Shown here: in pieces, positions 1-12,689 of the stretch
How positions within the stretch are numbered: the first letter of the stretch is position 1
How the letters are laid out: each line of letters opens with the position of its first letter
Source: Octopus vulgaris
Taxonomy: Eukaryota
NCBI GenBank assembly: GCA_951406725.2
Contig: OX597819.1
Coordinates: 113,522,001 to 113,586,000 of the forward strand
Direction of reading: 5' to 3'
Length of the DNA: 64,000 nucleotides
Position numbers and translations under genes: made by a program
The notes under the pieces: generated by a model
What the model saw: only the letters and a program-made list of their open reading frames with translations
What the model was told of the DNA's origin: nothing
Databases searched by the model: none

Positions 1-72
1 TGTGTGTGTGTGTGTGTGTGTTTTTGTGTATGTTTGTATGTGTGTGTGTGTGTGTGTGTTTTTGTGTATGTT

Positions 73-105
<33 letters not shown>

Positions 106-281
106 CTGTGTGTGTATGCTATGAATGTATGCATGTAAGCTTGTGTGTATGTGTGTTGTGTGTATGCTTATATGTTTGTGTTTGTGTGTGAGTGTTTGTG
201 TGTCTCTGTGCATGCATGTGTGTGTTTCCGTGTGTGTGTTTGTGTTAGTGTGTGTGTGTTTATGTGAGTGTTTGTGTGTCT

Positions 282-318
<37 letters not shown>
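1..318. repeat. Degenerate (TG)n microsatellite
   Basis: Nearly continuous TG dinucleotide; explains the CV-rich ORFs 6..191 and 125..319. Confidence 0.95.
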
Positions 319-319
<1 letters not shown>

Positions 320-464
320 TGATCAAAGGGAACTGAAACAATCAACACTGTTGAAGTGTAAATAAAGTTTAGTGAAGGAGAAACATTCCACAAATTGGTA
401 ATTTAGTCTTTTTTCTTTTTTCAGACCAACTCAAGTTAGAAATCATTATAACCATTATTTAGGG

Positions 465-896
465 CAGTGGATTAATAAAATCATTAACAAATCAGACAAA
501 AGCTCTGGTGGTATTTAGTTATGGCTGTTCACCTTCTGAATTGAAAACCACAATGAAATTAACTTTGCCTTTCATCCTTCCAGGATAAATAAAATTACTG
601 GAGTCATTAATAGTAATGACAAACCCCTGCCCTCAAAATTGCTGGCCTTGTGCATAAATCAGAAACCATTATTAAGGTGACAAGCTAGCAGAACCGTTAG
701 CACACTGGATGAAATGCTTAGCAGCATTTCACCTTTCTTCATGTTATGATCTCAAATGCTGTCAAGGTTGGCTTTGCTTTTCATGCTTTTGTAGTCGATG
801 AAATAAGTATCAGACAAGCATTGGGGTTGATGTAATTGACTAGCCCTACTCCCTCAAAATTTCAGGCCTTGTGTCAGTAGTAAAAAGGATTATCAC

Positions 897-941
<45 letters not shown>

Positions 942-1577
942 CATTAAGGTGGTGAGCTGGCGGAATCGTTAGTGTGTAGGGCGAAATGCATAGCGGTATT
1001 TCGGCTGCCGTTACATTCTGAGTTCAAATTCCGCCGAGGTCGACTTTGCCTTTCATCCTTTCGGGGTCGATAAATTAAGTACCAGCTACACACTGGGGTC
1101 GATGTAATTGACTTAATCCGTTTGTCTGTACTTGTTTGTCCCCTCTGTGTTTAGCCCCTTGTGGGTAGTAAAGAAATAGGTATTTCATCTGTCTTTACAT
1201 TCTGAGTTCAAATTCTGCTGGGGTAGACTTAGCCTTTTGTCCTTTCGGGGTCAATAAATTAAGCACCAGCTGTGTATTGGAGTCGATCTAATCGACTGGC
1301 CCCTTCCCCAAAAATTTTGGGCCTTGTGCCTAGAGTAGAAAAGATTATTATTATTATTATTATTAAGGCAGCGAGCTGGCAGAATCATTAGCACGCTGGG
1401 CAAAATGCTTTGCGGTATTTCGCCTGTCTTTACATTATGAGTTCAAATACCGCCGGGGTCAACTTTGCCTTTCATCCTTTGGGGAGTCGATGAAATAAGT
1501 ACCAATTGCGCACTGGGGTCAATGTAATTGACTATCCCCCTCTCCCAAATTTCAGGCCTTGTGCCTATAGTAGAAAG

Positions 1578-1622
<45 letters not shown>
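465..1622 (+). mobile_element. Tandem cluster of tRNA-derived SINE copies (Meta-domain-like core) separated by (ATT)n
   Basis: Repeated unit AGGCGGCGAGCTGGCAGAA...GAGTTCAAATTCC (B-box-like) GCCGAGGTCGACTTTGCCTTTCATCCTTTCGGGGTCGATAAATTAAGTACCAG at about 675, 945, 1190 and 1365. The same family recurs, often on the minus strand, at about 8550, 13870-14530, 26000-26430, 34570-34805, 36360-36570, 40720-40920, 44955-45345, 46555-46770, 47560-47955 and 62900-63045. Confidence 0.85.
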
Positions 1623-1624
<2 letters not shown>

Positions 1625-2549
1625 AAAAGTGCAGGTGTGGCTGTGTGGTCGCAGATTCAGTCCCACACACATGACACCATGAGCAAGTGTCTTCTGTTAT
1701 AGCTCCAATCTGACCAAAGCCTTGTAAGTGGATTTGGCAGATGGAAACTAAAAGAAGCCCATTGTAATATATATACATAAAATCCACTTTCCCATGCTTG
1801 CATGGGTCAGATGGAGTTTGTTGAGGCAGATATTTTAAGGCCAGATGCCCTTCCTGACACCAGTTATCACTTGTTTCCAAGTAATGTAATATCTTCTCGT
1901 GGCTGGACATGTTTTCACAGAAGACTGGAAATAAAGGACACCACTGGTATGATGACGGCACTCGTATACAAAGCATCATGTGATATCTTCACAAAGGTAT
2001 ACACACATATATATACAGCCGCGTGTGTGTGTGTGTGTGTGTATACTTTGGTCAACTTGAGATTAGTGGAAGACATTTGCCCAAGGAATGAACCCAAGAT
2101 CACATGACTGGCAAGCAAGCTTCTTAATCACACAACTATGCGTGTGTGTGTGTGTGTGTGTGTACATATATATTTGTAATCATCGTCATTTTTTATGTCC
2201 TTCTTTCCATTCTTGTATGGACTGGAATGCCATATATATTTATATATATATGTGTGTGTCTATATATGATGTGTATATTTTCTTATCTATCCAACCACAG
2301 CTGTGTTTGTTTATATACACATATTCAACCTTTCCATTTGTCATCGTTTTCTTCAAAGTTTAGCAATGAAGAGGAAAAGAAATTCGGAAATATATAGAAA
2401 AAAACATAATCCAAGTGAGAACATGGCTACTATGAACACACATAGATATGTACACACACACATAAACATATAGAGAGAGGGACACACAGACAGAAAAACA
2501 GACAGATATACATATATATAAGCAATATACATACATATGCATTCTTTTT

Positions 2550-2902
2550 CTTTTTTTCAAGTGCTTCAGTCATTTGAGTGGCCATGCTGGAGCAATGCCT
2601 TTAGTCAAACAAATCGATCCCAGGACTTATTCTTTGTAAGCCTAGTACTTATTCTATCGGTCTCTTTTGCTAAACCTCTAAGTGATGGAGACATAAACAC
2701 CAGCATCGGTTGTCAAGCGATGTTGGGGAGGACAAACATATACACACACACACACACTTCCATCTACCAAATCCACTCACAAGGCTTTGGTTGGCCCGAG
2801 GCTGTAGTAGAAGACACTTGCCCAAGGTGCCACGCAGTGGGACTAAACCTGGAACCATGTGGTTGGTAAGCAAGCTACTTACCACACAGCCACCCCTGCA
2901 CC
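2550..2902 (-). mobile_element. tRNA-derived SINE with CORE-like domain
   Basis: Minus strand reads GGTGGCTGTGTGGTAAGTAGCTTGC...GGTTTAGTCCCACTGCGTGGCACCTTGGGCAAGTGTCTTCT (A/B-box-like head plus CCTTGGGCAAGT CORE-like motif). Other copies at about 4965-5115, 6125-6600, 9500-9882, 22565-22967, 23320-23630 and 49715-50125. Confidence 0.85.
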
Positions 2903-3597
2903 TATATGTATGCATACAAATATACATACATTCATATATACATTTATTCTTCTGATCTTGCTTGTGTAGTTTTTTTCTTGACAAAATGAAAGCTAAATAA
3001 ACCATAAGTTGCATTTTGCTCTTTGCTACACTGAATTTGTATTGTCACATATATATCATTCTCTGTCAGGAATATTTATAATTGATATTTATAAATGGTG
3101 GTGCCCCAGCGTCACCACAGCCTCTGGCTGAAACTAATAGAATAATAATAGAATTATTAAGCAATGTATAAGTTCTCTCTCTCTCTCTCTCAGTCATGTT
3201 TGGTTTATCTCCCCACTCTCTTACTTTATACACACACACATATACATATATAAAGTGATGATAATGAAGATGAAACTCAAGCCTAGAGATATATACAAGT
3301 ACCTCATGTTCATCTACCTATTACCTCAATCCACTTGAGTAATATAGGTAGAATGAGGTATTTTTATCTATTTGGCTGAAACAGCTGTAAGTTATTTTCC
3401 CAATTTATATCCATGTTTTTTATAATTGCTGGTATCCTTATATATTACTATATTTTATATCTTATATGTAAAGAATAACATGTTATATGTATGTATACCA
3501 TTGTAATTATCAGTTTAATAAATAAATAAATAAGTTAACATAATATCATGTCTAAAAGTTGATGAACCACCTATTGCTCTCCTCCATTTTCTCATTG

Positions 3598-3636
<39 letters not shown>

Positions 3637-3795
3637 TCTTGATTAAATATATATCCCTAAAACATCCATGATAGAAAAGGGTATTGGGATTAAGGGTGCA
3701 CCACACCTCCTTCTCAAATTAAATATTAAAAAAATTTAATCGGCTGAATGCCAAAGAAAATTTTAAGAAAACCCATCTGAATTGGGTATACTCAC

Positions 3796-3868
3796 TCAAC
3801 TGGGTCTCTGATGCTGAAGATTTAGGTGTTGCAATATTGGATCCAACATCCTGCAACACACACTGGAT
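3796..3868 (-). CDS. MMAB: MMAB coding exon 5 (IQCVLQDVGSNIATPKSSASETQL)
   Basis: 73-bp exon, acceptor ctacatAG and donor GTgagt, phase 0 in and phase 1 out. Matches the IQCxLQDVGSxxATP motif of PduO-type cobalamin adenosyltransferases. Confidence 0.93.
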
Positions 3869-4484
3869 CTATGTAGGGAGAAATTCAAAGAAACATTGTT
3901 TTAAAAATTTACAGTTTTTATTAAGTAAAAGGTAGATTTCTTTGTACTACTATAATTGTTATGAATTAAATGCTAAAGATTTTAATGTCAATGGTACAAG
4001 GGCAAAGGGTGAGAGCAAAGGGAAAAGACCCCCTTCAGTCATGAATGACCATGAGATTGCACCTAGAAAGTTCCCCTCCAATGTACAAGTATGGGCAAGG
4101 TTGTTTGTGGAAGACCAGCGCTCAACCATGCATACTGGTCTTCCCTCTTTATACCACTGATGATGTCCAAAGGAAAGGTAAAGGCCAATACAGCTTGGTA
4201 TCAGTGACATCACAATTCATTTCTACAGCTAAGTGAACTGGAACAATGTGAAATAAAGTGTCTTGCTCAAGAATGCAACACAACCCAGTCCAGGAATCTA
4301 ACTCACAACCTCACAACTGTAAGCCTCATGCTCTAACCACCAAGCCATGTGTCTTCACTGTTAATGGTACCATACATGATAAGCACCAATTATTTGAAAT
4401 ATAAACAACAACAGACTCACTGGCTGACTCATTGTAAGACACCTCAATGTGATAGCACATAAATAGAGTAATATATTTGCCAGT

Positions 4485-4878
4485 ACATTATTTACATTTG
4501 ATGGATATTTATCCTCATCTTGTTTGTTGTTAACACAACATTTCGGTTGATACACCCTCCAGCCTCCATCAGGTGTCTTGGGGAAATTTTGAACCCACAG
4601 GCATATGGTGTAGTGGTTAAGAGTGCAGGCTACTAACCTCAAGATTCTAAGTTCAATTCCAAGCAGTGACCTGAACAACAACAGCAACAATGGAAAATAC
4701 CTTAGAAATATGCCTGTGGGTTCAAAATTTCCCCAAGACACCTGAAGAAGGCTGGAGGGTATATCAGCCGAAATGTTGAGTTAACAACAAATAAGATGAG
4801 GACAAATATCCGTCAAATGCAAATAATGTAAATAATGTAAATAATGTACATAATTCCTCATCTCTTAAATATAGAGCT
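4485..4878. mobile_element. Inverted-dimer element: tRNA-like head plus Penelope-like tail with minimal hammerhead motif
   Basis: 4485-4606 is the reverse complement of about 4708-4830. A-box TGGTGTAGTGG near 4606 and B-box AGTTCAATTCC near 4650. Imperfect flanking direct repeat GTAATAT(AT)TTGCCAGT / GTAATATCTGCCAGT. Confidence 0.75.
4737..4782 (+). ncRNA. Minimal type I hammerhead ribozyme motif (decayed copy)
   Basis: GACAC-CTGAAGA-A-GGCTG(gagggtatat)CAGCC-GAAA-TGT-T-GAGTT. Core CUGANGA and GAAA, 5-bp stem II; the consensus of four copies gives a palindromic ACGU stem III and GACAC/GUGUU stem I. Confidence 0.65.
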
Positions 4879-5125
4879 GTAATATCTGCCAGTGTTTTGT
4901 CATAGAAGAGAGGAAACTCTGAAGACTGAAAAAGGGGATGGATAAATTGTGATGTTTAGGTGCTGGCATGGCTGTGTGGTGAAGATGTTTGCTTTTCAAC
5001 CACATGGTTTCAAGTTCAGTCCCACTTCATGACACTCCTTGGGCACTATCGCAGCCTCAGGCCAGCCAAAGCCTTGTGAGTGGGTATGGTAGATGGAAAC
5101 TGAAAGAAGCCCACTGTGTGTGTGT

Positions 5126-5162
<37 letters not shown>

Positions 5163-5400
5163 TGTGTGCATGTCTGTGTGTGCATGCATGTCTGTGTGTT
5201 TGTTTATATTTTGCACTCTACAAAAGTTGTAACCTACAAGTGGTGATGTTGTTGTCACTTCTGACAACAAATCATCTGCTCACTGTATTTTTGAAGACGT
5301 ATGCAATAAGAAATCCCTTACTTGAAAAACAGGTAAGGGTCAACAACAGGAAGGGTATATGGTTGTAAAAACAATACCTCGGTAATACATTCATCTAACC

Positions 5401-5687
5401 CAATAGTTCTCAACCAAGGTCCATGTGACCCCTGATGGTCCATATAAGATTTTTAGGGGTCCTCGCAACAAATTTGGCTTTAGATGTATGCATTGCAAGA
5501 AACAGCTATTTTTCTTTAACATTTTACATAGTTCAACCTACACAAGTTAATGTGAGAAAGACAAAATAGGAATTTTGAAAGAAGTTTCTATAAAACTAGT
5601 TTTTAAACATCAAATGGCAATAGGGGTTCATCAGAATAAAATAGTAATCAAAGGGGTCCATGGATAAAAAATGGTTGAGAACCCCTG
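5401..5687. mobile_element. hAT-like MITE
   Basis: Ends CAATAGTTCTCAACC ... GGTTGAGAACCCCTG, with 8-bp target duplication ATCTAACC / ATTTAACC. A second copy lies at about 32620-32962. Confidence 0.75.
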
Positions 5688-6349
5688 ATTTAACCTATGC
5701 AAGCATGGAAAAACAGGTATAAAACAAACAGTTGAATGAATACAATTAAGATGGTTTTAAACCCTTTAAATTTATCCAATACCATGACACAGGAAAGAGA
5801 AGTATACAGACACAAATTCTATTTTCCATTGTCAATAACGAGGGAAGAGGACAAAAATTTTACATTTTTCTTGGAAAGGATGAATCTGTTGGTTTGAGAA
5901 TGGCTGTGCTCAGTGACCAATGAACACATATTGTGTTAATGAAAGAGCACAATTAAAATAGCAGAAAATACAGGAACTAATTTGAGAAGCTGGAATGTTA
6001 AGTGTGCCAAAGTGTAGCAAGTAATATGATCATCTGCCCAGCAATAGATATGAGAATCTCAAGCCACACTTCTAGCACTTGCCGGAAAATTATTCAAACT
6101 GTTGCTTATAATGTTTAATATATTTTGTACTTGTTTCGGTCATTAGTTAGACTGTGGCCATGCTGGGGCACTGCCTTGAACAATTTTAGTCAAATGAATC
6201 GATCCAATACTTACGCTTTTTAAGCTCAGTGCTTATTCTAATGGTCTCTTTTGCCAAACTGCTAAGTTACAGGGACCTAAACACACCAACATCAGTTGTC
6301 AAGCAATGGTGGGGGGGGGAACAAATACAGACACAAACACACAACTACA

Positions 6350-6381
<32 letters not shown>

Positions 6382-7231
6382 CATACATATACATATATAC
6401 AACGGGCTTCTTTCAATTTCTGTCTATCAAATCCACTTATATAAATATATGGTAGGCTTCTTTCAGTTTCCATCTAACAAATTCACTCACAAGACTTTGG
6501 TCAACCCAAGGCTATAGAAGAAGACATTTGCCCAAGATTCCATGCAGTGGGACTGAACCTGGAATCACGTGGTTAGGAAATAAACTTTTTACCACACAAC
6601 CACACATCTGCTTATCTTTAACTCTTTTTTTTAATTTGGAAGATAAAGTATGCATTAGCCTAGACAGCAAGCACCTGATGGAAATGAGAACAACAGTCGT
6701 TAGTAATATCATTTCTTTCCTCCAGATCAAATGTGGTCACTACTATGCTGCAAATAAAATACTTTTCAATAAAGAGTTTCATTTCAACAAGACTTGAATT
6801 CAGAGTCTAAATAACATATGAAATTCTGCCTGCTGTTCCTCCACAGATTCTGCCTAGCCACCTAACCCTAACTCTTGAGTTGGACACAGCCGTGTGATAG
6901 ATATTGCAGCTGGCCTAGTGTGAAGACAGCTGTAGAAGTGTAAGTAGCTGTGGTGGAGTTTTGGTAACCCCACTTGTAAAAAAGGTTAACTTAACAGTGG
7001 AAGATGACACCAGCAACTAGTAACTAACATAGTTTCATGACATCAAATACACATTTGCTCTTGAAAATAAGCAACACTGAGACCAGTCAGCTAAATCTAC
7101 TTGTTTGACAAAAACTATCAAATACCATCATTATTTTGATAAAGAAATACTAATAATGGTTTCAAATTTTGGCACAAGGCCAGCAATTTCAGGGGGAAGG
7201 AGGTAAATCAATTACAGCAATCCTAGTGCGC

Positions 7232-7515
7232 ATCATTGTTTAACGTCCGCTTTCCATGCTAGCATGGGTTGGACGATTTGACTGAGGACTGGCAAACCAG
7301 ATGGCTGCACCAGGCTCCAATGTTGATCTGGTAGAGTTTCTACAGCTGGATGCCCTTCCTAATGCCAACCACTCCGAGAGTGTAGTGGGTGCTTTTACAT
7401 GCCACCGGCACAGGGCCAGTCAGGCGGTACTGGCAACGACCTCGCCCGAATCTTTTACACATGTCACCAGCACACAGTAAGGCGATGCTGATAACAATAG
7501 TAAGGCGATGCTGGT
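7232..7515 (-). mobile_element. 5'-truncated RTE LINE 3' end
   Basis: (CAT)n-GTTTAACGTCCGCTTTCCATGCTAGCATGGG...GGATGCCCTTCCTAA. The same sequence directly follows an RTE RT C-terminus at 51590-52305. Other copies at about 11025-11660, 15405-15690, 24930-25375, 43220-43590, 43935-44360, 45700-45905 and 48905-49712. Confidence 0.75.
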
Positions 7516-9253
7516 AAACTGATATTTATTTTATCAACCCCAAAAGAATAGAAGACAAAGTCAACCTCGGTGGGGTTTGAACTTAAAATGTGAAGACAGA
7601 CGAAATGCAGCTAATCATTTTACCCAGTGTGCTAACAATTCTGCCATCTTGCTACCTTAACCCTTTTTTTGCCATATTTTACCATGTTCTGTGTTTCTTT
7701 CAATTAATTTTAAATATAGCAAAGAACTTAGTAAAATAACTTAGTTATCATTACACTAGTGTTAGGAACATAAATTGTGTCTAAGGTTTGGTGGAAGATT
7801 TTAGTTCAGAACTTTTGAAAATAAGACATTTGTACTACAGAGACAGAGGTGGTTTCAATCAGGTTGGTATCAAAAGGGTCAAATATAATTTAAGGATATA
7901 GAATACTGGTTTCAAGTTTTGGCACAAGGCCAGCAACTTCAGGGGAAGGGGTTAGTTGATTACATCATCAATTCCAAAGTTTAACAAGGTATTTATTTTC
8001 TCAACCCTAAAAGGATGAAATGCAGAGTCAACCACAGTGGCATCTGAATTCAGAATATAAAGTCAGAAGCAACATCACTATGCATTTTATCTGATGTGAT
8101 AATGGTTCTTCCAGGTCACTACGTTGATGATGATGATGGTGGTGGTGGTAGTGGTGGTGGTGGTGGTGGTGATGATGATGATGATGATGATGATTATTGA
8201 CTCTCCCATTGAAGACGACGTGTGAGTGTTCAGATTTTTTGCTGAATGACCCGCACAAATGATTGTCTAAAGTAATCAAGTGTATGTGCTGGACATTAGC
8301 TCACTCCCTTCATCAAGTCAACATGGCCTGAACAGGTACACGGTGTACAACATGTCAGGTGTCGAAGAGCTCAAAGAGCAATGTGAGATCAAGTGTTTTA
8401 CTCAAGAACACAACACACCACCGGTCTAGGAATTGAAACCATGATCTCGCAATCATGACTGCAATACCCTAACCACTAGTCTATGCGTCCTCACAATAAT
8501 AATAATAATAATAATAACAATAATAATAATAATAATAATAACAATCCTTTCTACTAAAGGCACAAGGCCTGAAATTCGTGGGGGGGGGGGGGACTAGTCA
8601 ATTACATTGACCCCAGTGTTTCACTGGTACTTAATTTATCAACCTCAAAAGGATGAAAGGTAAAGTTGACCTTAGCCAGCAATTTTGAGAGGAGAGGAGT
8701 TAGTTGATACCATCGCACCCCCCCTCCCATCCCCGGTAAACAACTAGTATTTTATTTTATTGACCACTGACAGGTAAAAGGCAAGATCTGAACTCAAAAC
8801 ATAAATGGACATAGCTAAATACTGCAAACTATTTTGTCTGTCACTATGCCAATTCTATCAATTCTACTGTTTGAAGGTTTTCTGTTCCATTTTCTTCTAA
8901 CAACATAGAAACTCCATATTTCAACAAACTCTGTCATTTCTATGCATCCATACATAAAATATTCCGCACATATAAATCAAATAATTGTGTGAGGAAAACT
9001 AATTAAACAATGTTTATCTACAACAGAGAGACTTAATCTGTTTCTTAGTGTAACTTTTGGACCTCATTTGCCTTCAGCAGTGTATACAGTGACACACAGT
9101 TTCAAGCATTTAGGAAAGGCCTTTGGTTTAAGGATACCCTGATCCTTTGCTACCACCAGTCACTGAGACCCTGAAAAGGTTCATGAAAATTGTGTTTCCT
9201 CTTCTAATGAAGACATTAAAATAAAAAAGAAATAGCAAGAGAGTCCCACTTAC

Positions 9254-9311
9254 AGTTTGTAATCTGTTGTCCATTGTATGACCTTTCTCTTTACATAGTT
9301 CAGCTGCAAAC
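9254..9311 (-). CDS. MMAB: MMAB coding exon 4 (FAAELCKEKGHTMDNRLQT)
   Basis: 58-bp exon, acceptor ttttcAG and donor GTaagt, phase 2 in and phase 0 out, in frame with both neighbours. Resembles the FALELVTEKGHT segment of vertebrate MMAB. Confidence 0.92.
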
Positions 9312-9929
9312 CTGAAAAATGACAAAGATGATGACGAGGAAGATGACAATGATGATAATAATGATAGTTCAATGCTACTTTGGTGTGTGATCTATAACTT
9401 AAAGGGCGATTACTTTCAGTTACTTTTTAGCTTACTTCGTGCTAGTGCTACTTTGGTGTGTGATCTATGCACTTATTTTAATTATTATATTACTCTTTAC
9501 TCTTTTACTTGTTTCAGTCATTCGACTGTGGCCATGCTGGAGCACCACCTTTAGTTGAGCAAATCGACCCCCAGGACTTATTCCTTGTAAGCCTAGTACT
9601 TATTCGATCAGTCTCTTTTGCCAAACCGCTAAGTTATGGGGACGTAAACACACCAGCATCGGTTGTCAAGCGATGTTGGGGGACAAACACAGACACACAA
9701 ACACATACATATATACGATGGGCTTCTTTCAGTTTCTTGTATCTTCCAAATCCACTCACAAGGTTTTGGTCGGCCCGATGCTATAGTAGAAGACACTTGC
9801 CCAAGGTGCCACACAGTGGGACTGAACCCAGAACCATGTGGTTGGTAAGCAAGCTACTTACCACACAGCCACTCCTACGCCTATGTTGTTTATTCCTAAT
9901 TTCCTTAATTACTAAGACATAAATAAAAC

Positions 9930-10370
9930 ATGGTTTTATTATTATCAAAATAATTTTATCGATGAATTGAGCAAACATCTGCTAGAAACGCAAGACATAC
10001 GTCTTCAGAATTCTTCTTCATCAACAGAAATAATCAAGATGAGATTGGAAGGTTCTTTGGTTCACTCCTTTCATCTTTTTTAATCTACAAATTTTCAAAT
10101 TCAATTAGGTTCTTTCAATTGCTTGAATATTGGTTCCAGTGTTAGGATCAACACAATGTCTTTGTTGGTTGAGAATAGAATGGTGAAAATGTAGACAATT
10201 TATATTGGAGTATGCTGGCCGTTCGTCAGAATGAATAACCAAATTTTCTGCAACTTCTCTTTGAATTATAGATTCAAGTCTTTCACGATTTCTTTTAATT
10301 CTTTGTCTTTGACTTTATCTCTGTTTTTACTATATTTTCCTTTCAAGTCGTGAAAAGGGACGAACACTCA
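9930..10370 (-). pseudogene. Decayed Merlin (IS1016/ISXO2-like) DNA transposase
   Basis: Minus strand translates in pieces as LESIIQREVAENLVIHSDERPAYSNI...HCVDPNTGTNIQAIERT, matching the IxSDxWxAY...H..FVDPxTGxHTxxIE motif, with stops and frameshifts. Confidence 0.7.
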
Positions 10371-10659
10371 ATATTTCAACACTTGGTACAAACATGGCAA
10401 TTAACCAAGGGAAATAATACATGCAAAAATTCAACAAGAGTTACATTTCTTGTATTGATGGGAGAAGATTCAGGAGAAATAACTTGGAACTCTTTATATT
10501 GCGTAAACATTTGGGTTCATAATTTATATTACACCAATACTAGTACGAGTCCCAGAGGAAGCCTGTATTTCACAGTTCAGCATGCTAAAAATAAAAATTC
10601 CTCTAAAATTACGTCTTATTGTCTAAAAAAAGATGCGGAGTTGAATACAAAGTAGATAA

Positions 10660-10930
10660 CAAATAAGGAGGCTTTCTCTGCTGGAGCACTGATTACAGAA
10701 CTATCAGATTTGAGAAGGTAAGGGAAAGGATTCCAAAAAGTTGATGGAGGTCCTTTTGGCAAAAGACAAGAGAATTGGCAGCAGTTTGGGAAGCAGGAGA
10801 GCTCGCAGGCAGTGCCGTGTGTAGAGGCATCATTCACAGTGTAAATGGTTAAAAGGCTGGGTGAAAAGCTGTTCAGTTTGTAGGAGAGGGTAATTTTTTC
10901 TAAAGATTAGAGACTGCTGATTAAAGATAT
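10660..10930 (-). mobile_element. Highly decayed non-LTR retrotransposon ORF2 fragment
   Basis: Composition and residual peptides resemble the remnant at 18140-19000; no intact frame. Confidence 0.35.
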
Positions 10931-12255
10931 ACTGCTGCAATTTTCTACATTTTTTTTTCAATCTTCACCTAACTGAATAAGACACAAAAAGTGTTACAAT
11001 CACCATCTACTTAAAAGTTTTATTCATCATCATCATCGTTTAACGTCTGCTTTCCATGCTAGCATGGGTTGGACGATTTGACTGAGGACTGGCAAGCCAG
11101 ATGGCTGCACCAGGCTCCAATTTGATCTGGCAGAGTTTCTACAGCTGGATGCCCTTCCTAACGCCAACCACTCAAAGAGTGTAGTGGGTGCTTTTACGTG
11201 TCACCAGCACGAGGTCCAGTCAAGTGGTACTGGCAACGGCCATGCTCAAATGGTGTTTTTAACGTGCCACCTGCATAGGAGCCAGTCCAGCGGGACTGGC
11301 AACGACCTCGCTCGAATGTTTTTTCATGTGCCACCAGCACAAGTGCCAGTAAGTCAACGCTAGTAACGATCACGTTTGAAGGGTGCTTTTTACGTGCCAC
11401 TGGCACAGAAGCGAGTTAGCTGCTCTCGCAATGATCACACTCGGATGGTGCTCTTAGCACTCCACTAGCACGGATGCCAGTCATCGAATTTGATTTCGAT
11501 TTCACTTGCCTCAGCAGGTCTTCGCAAGCAGAGTTTAGTGTCCAATGAAGGAAAGGTACGCATAAGAGGGTTGGTTACACCCCTGGCACAGGCCACGAGG
11601 TTATGGTCTCACTTGGCTTGCCGGGACTTCACAAGCACAGCATATTTCCAAAGGTCTTGGCCATTAAAAAAAAAAAAACAAGAATTAGTGGTCTAGCAGG
11701 AATTGAAGTGCTAGTTACCCTGTCCACTTTGTAAGTGAGGATAATTTTCTCTGAATGTTGTAGGCTATGTTCATTGCCTGAAATGCTACAATGCAACTAT
11801 GAGTGAACCACTTGGAGGAATTGGAGCTGCAAGGTTTGGTTGTGTGGAGGATATAGACAGACATACACAAAAAAAGTGTTTCAGTCAGCCCCTTAACTGT
11901 TACCTGATGAGTCAGGAGTACAGTAAATCTGCTGTCAGAAAACAAGCAGACTACTGATCAGAAGGTAGTGATGGACATGGTTGTATTGTATGCAGGTGTG
12001 TAGAAGTTAGACCCGATAAGAAAGTGACCAAACTGATTACAGGTGATGGCTAGGTAGAGAAGTTTAGAAGTGAGAAAGTAATTAAAGGTGCTTGGAATGT
12101 AAAGATAACAGCACAACAAGGCTATTTTAGGGCCATTTTCCCAATTAAAACAGTGGGTATATAGAAGATAGAAAGACTATAGAATGTGATATATGAGAGA
12201 GGGAGGGATAGATGGACATATGGATGGCCAGACAGACACATAAATAGATACATAC

Positions 12256-12349
12256 CCAAGAGCAGATGAGAGTTCATCTGTTGAACCAAGAGCATCAAAT
12301 ATCAGGTCATCCTTGAATCTCCTTTCTCCTGTAAATGTTGAGGACTTGC
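12256..12349 (-). CDS. MMAB: MMAB coding exon 3 ([31 protein letters not shown])
   Basis: 94-bp exon, acceptor cacacAG and donor GTatgt. Contains the hallmark GERRxKD...GxxDELSS motif. Confidence 0.96.
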
Positions 12350-12689
12350 CTGTGTGTTGAAGGAATAAAGATAGACAGTAAGAAAGATGGAGTGAGAGAG
12401 AGAGACAGGATATAATACTGGATGTTCTATAGTTATTATGATCATTATCAGTGTTATTTTCAGCAAACATTATCATCAGTCTTGCTTATATCTTTATCAT
12501 CATCTCTATCACCATATTATCTACATCATTATCACCATTATCACTATTATCATCTTCTTCATTTGCATCACTAATATAATCCTTATCAGCAGCAGCATAA
12601 TCATCATCAATGCTCATCACCATTGATGCAGAAAGCATTACCACCACCATCATCATCATCATCACTGTTATCAGTCTTCAACACTACTT

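Noticed and set aside
320-3795. MMAB exon 6 onward (LEQWID...LPPL..FILP, CRRAER)
   Set aside because: No matching peptide with splice sites found by eye; these exons probably lie beyond the left edge.
4600-4665. Functional tRNA gene
   Set aside because: A and B boxes are present but there is no acceptor-stem pairing and it continues into repeat sequence. It is a SINE-type head, like the other tRNA-like motifs in the window.
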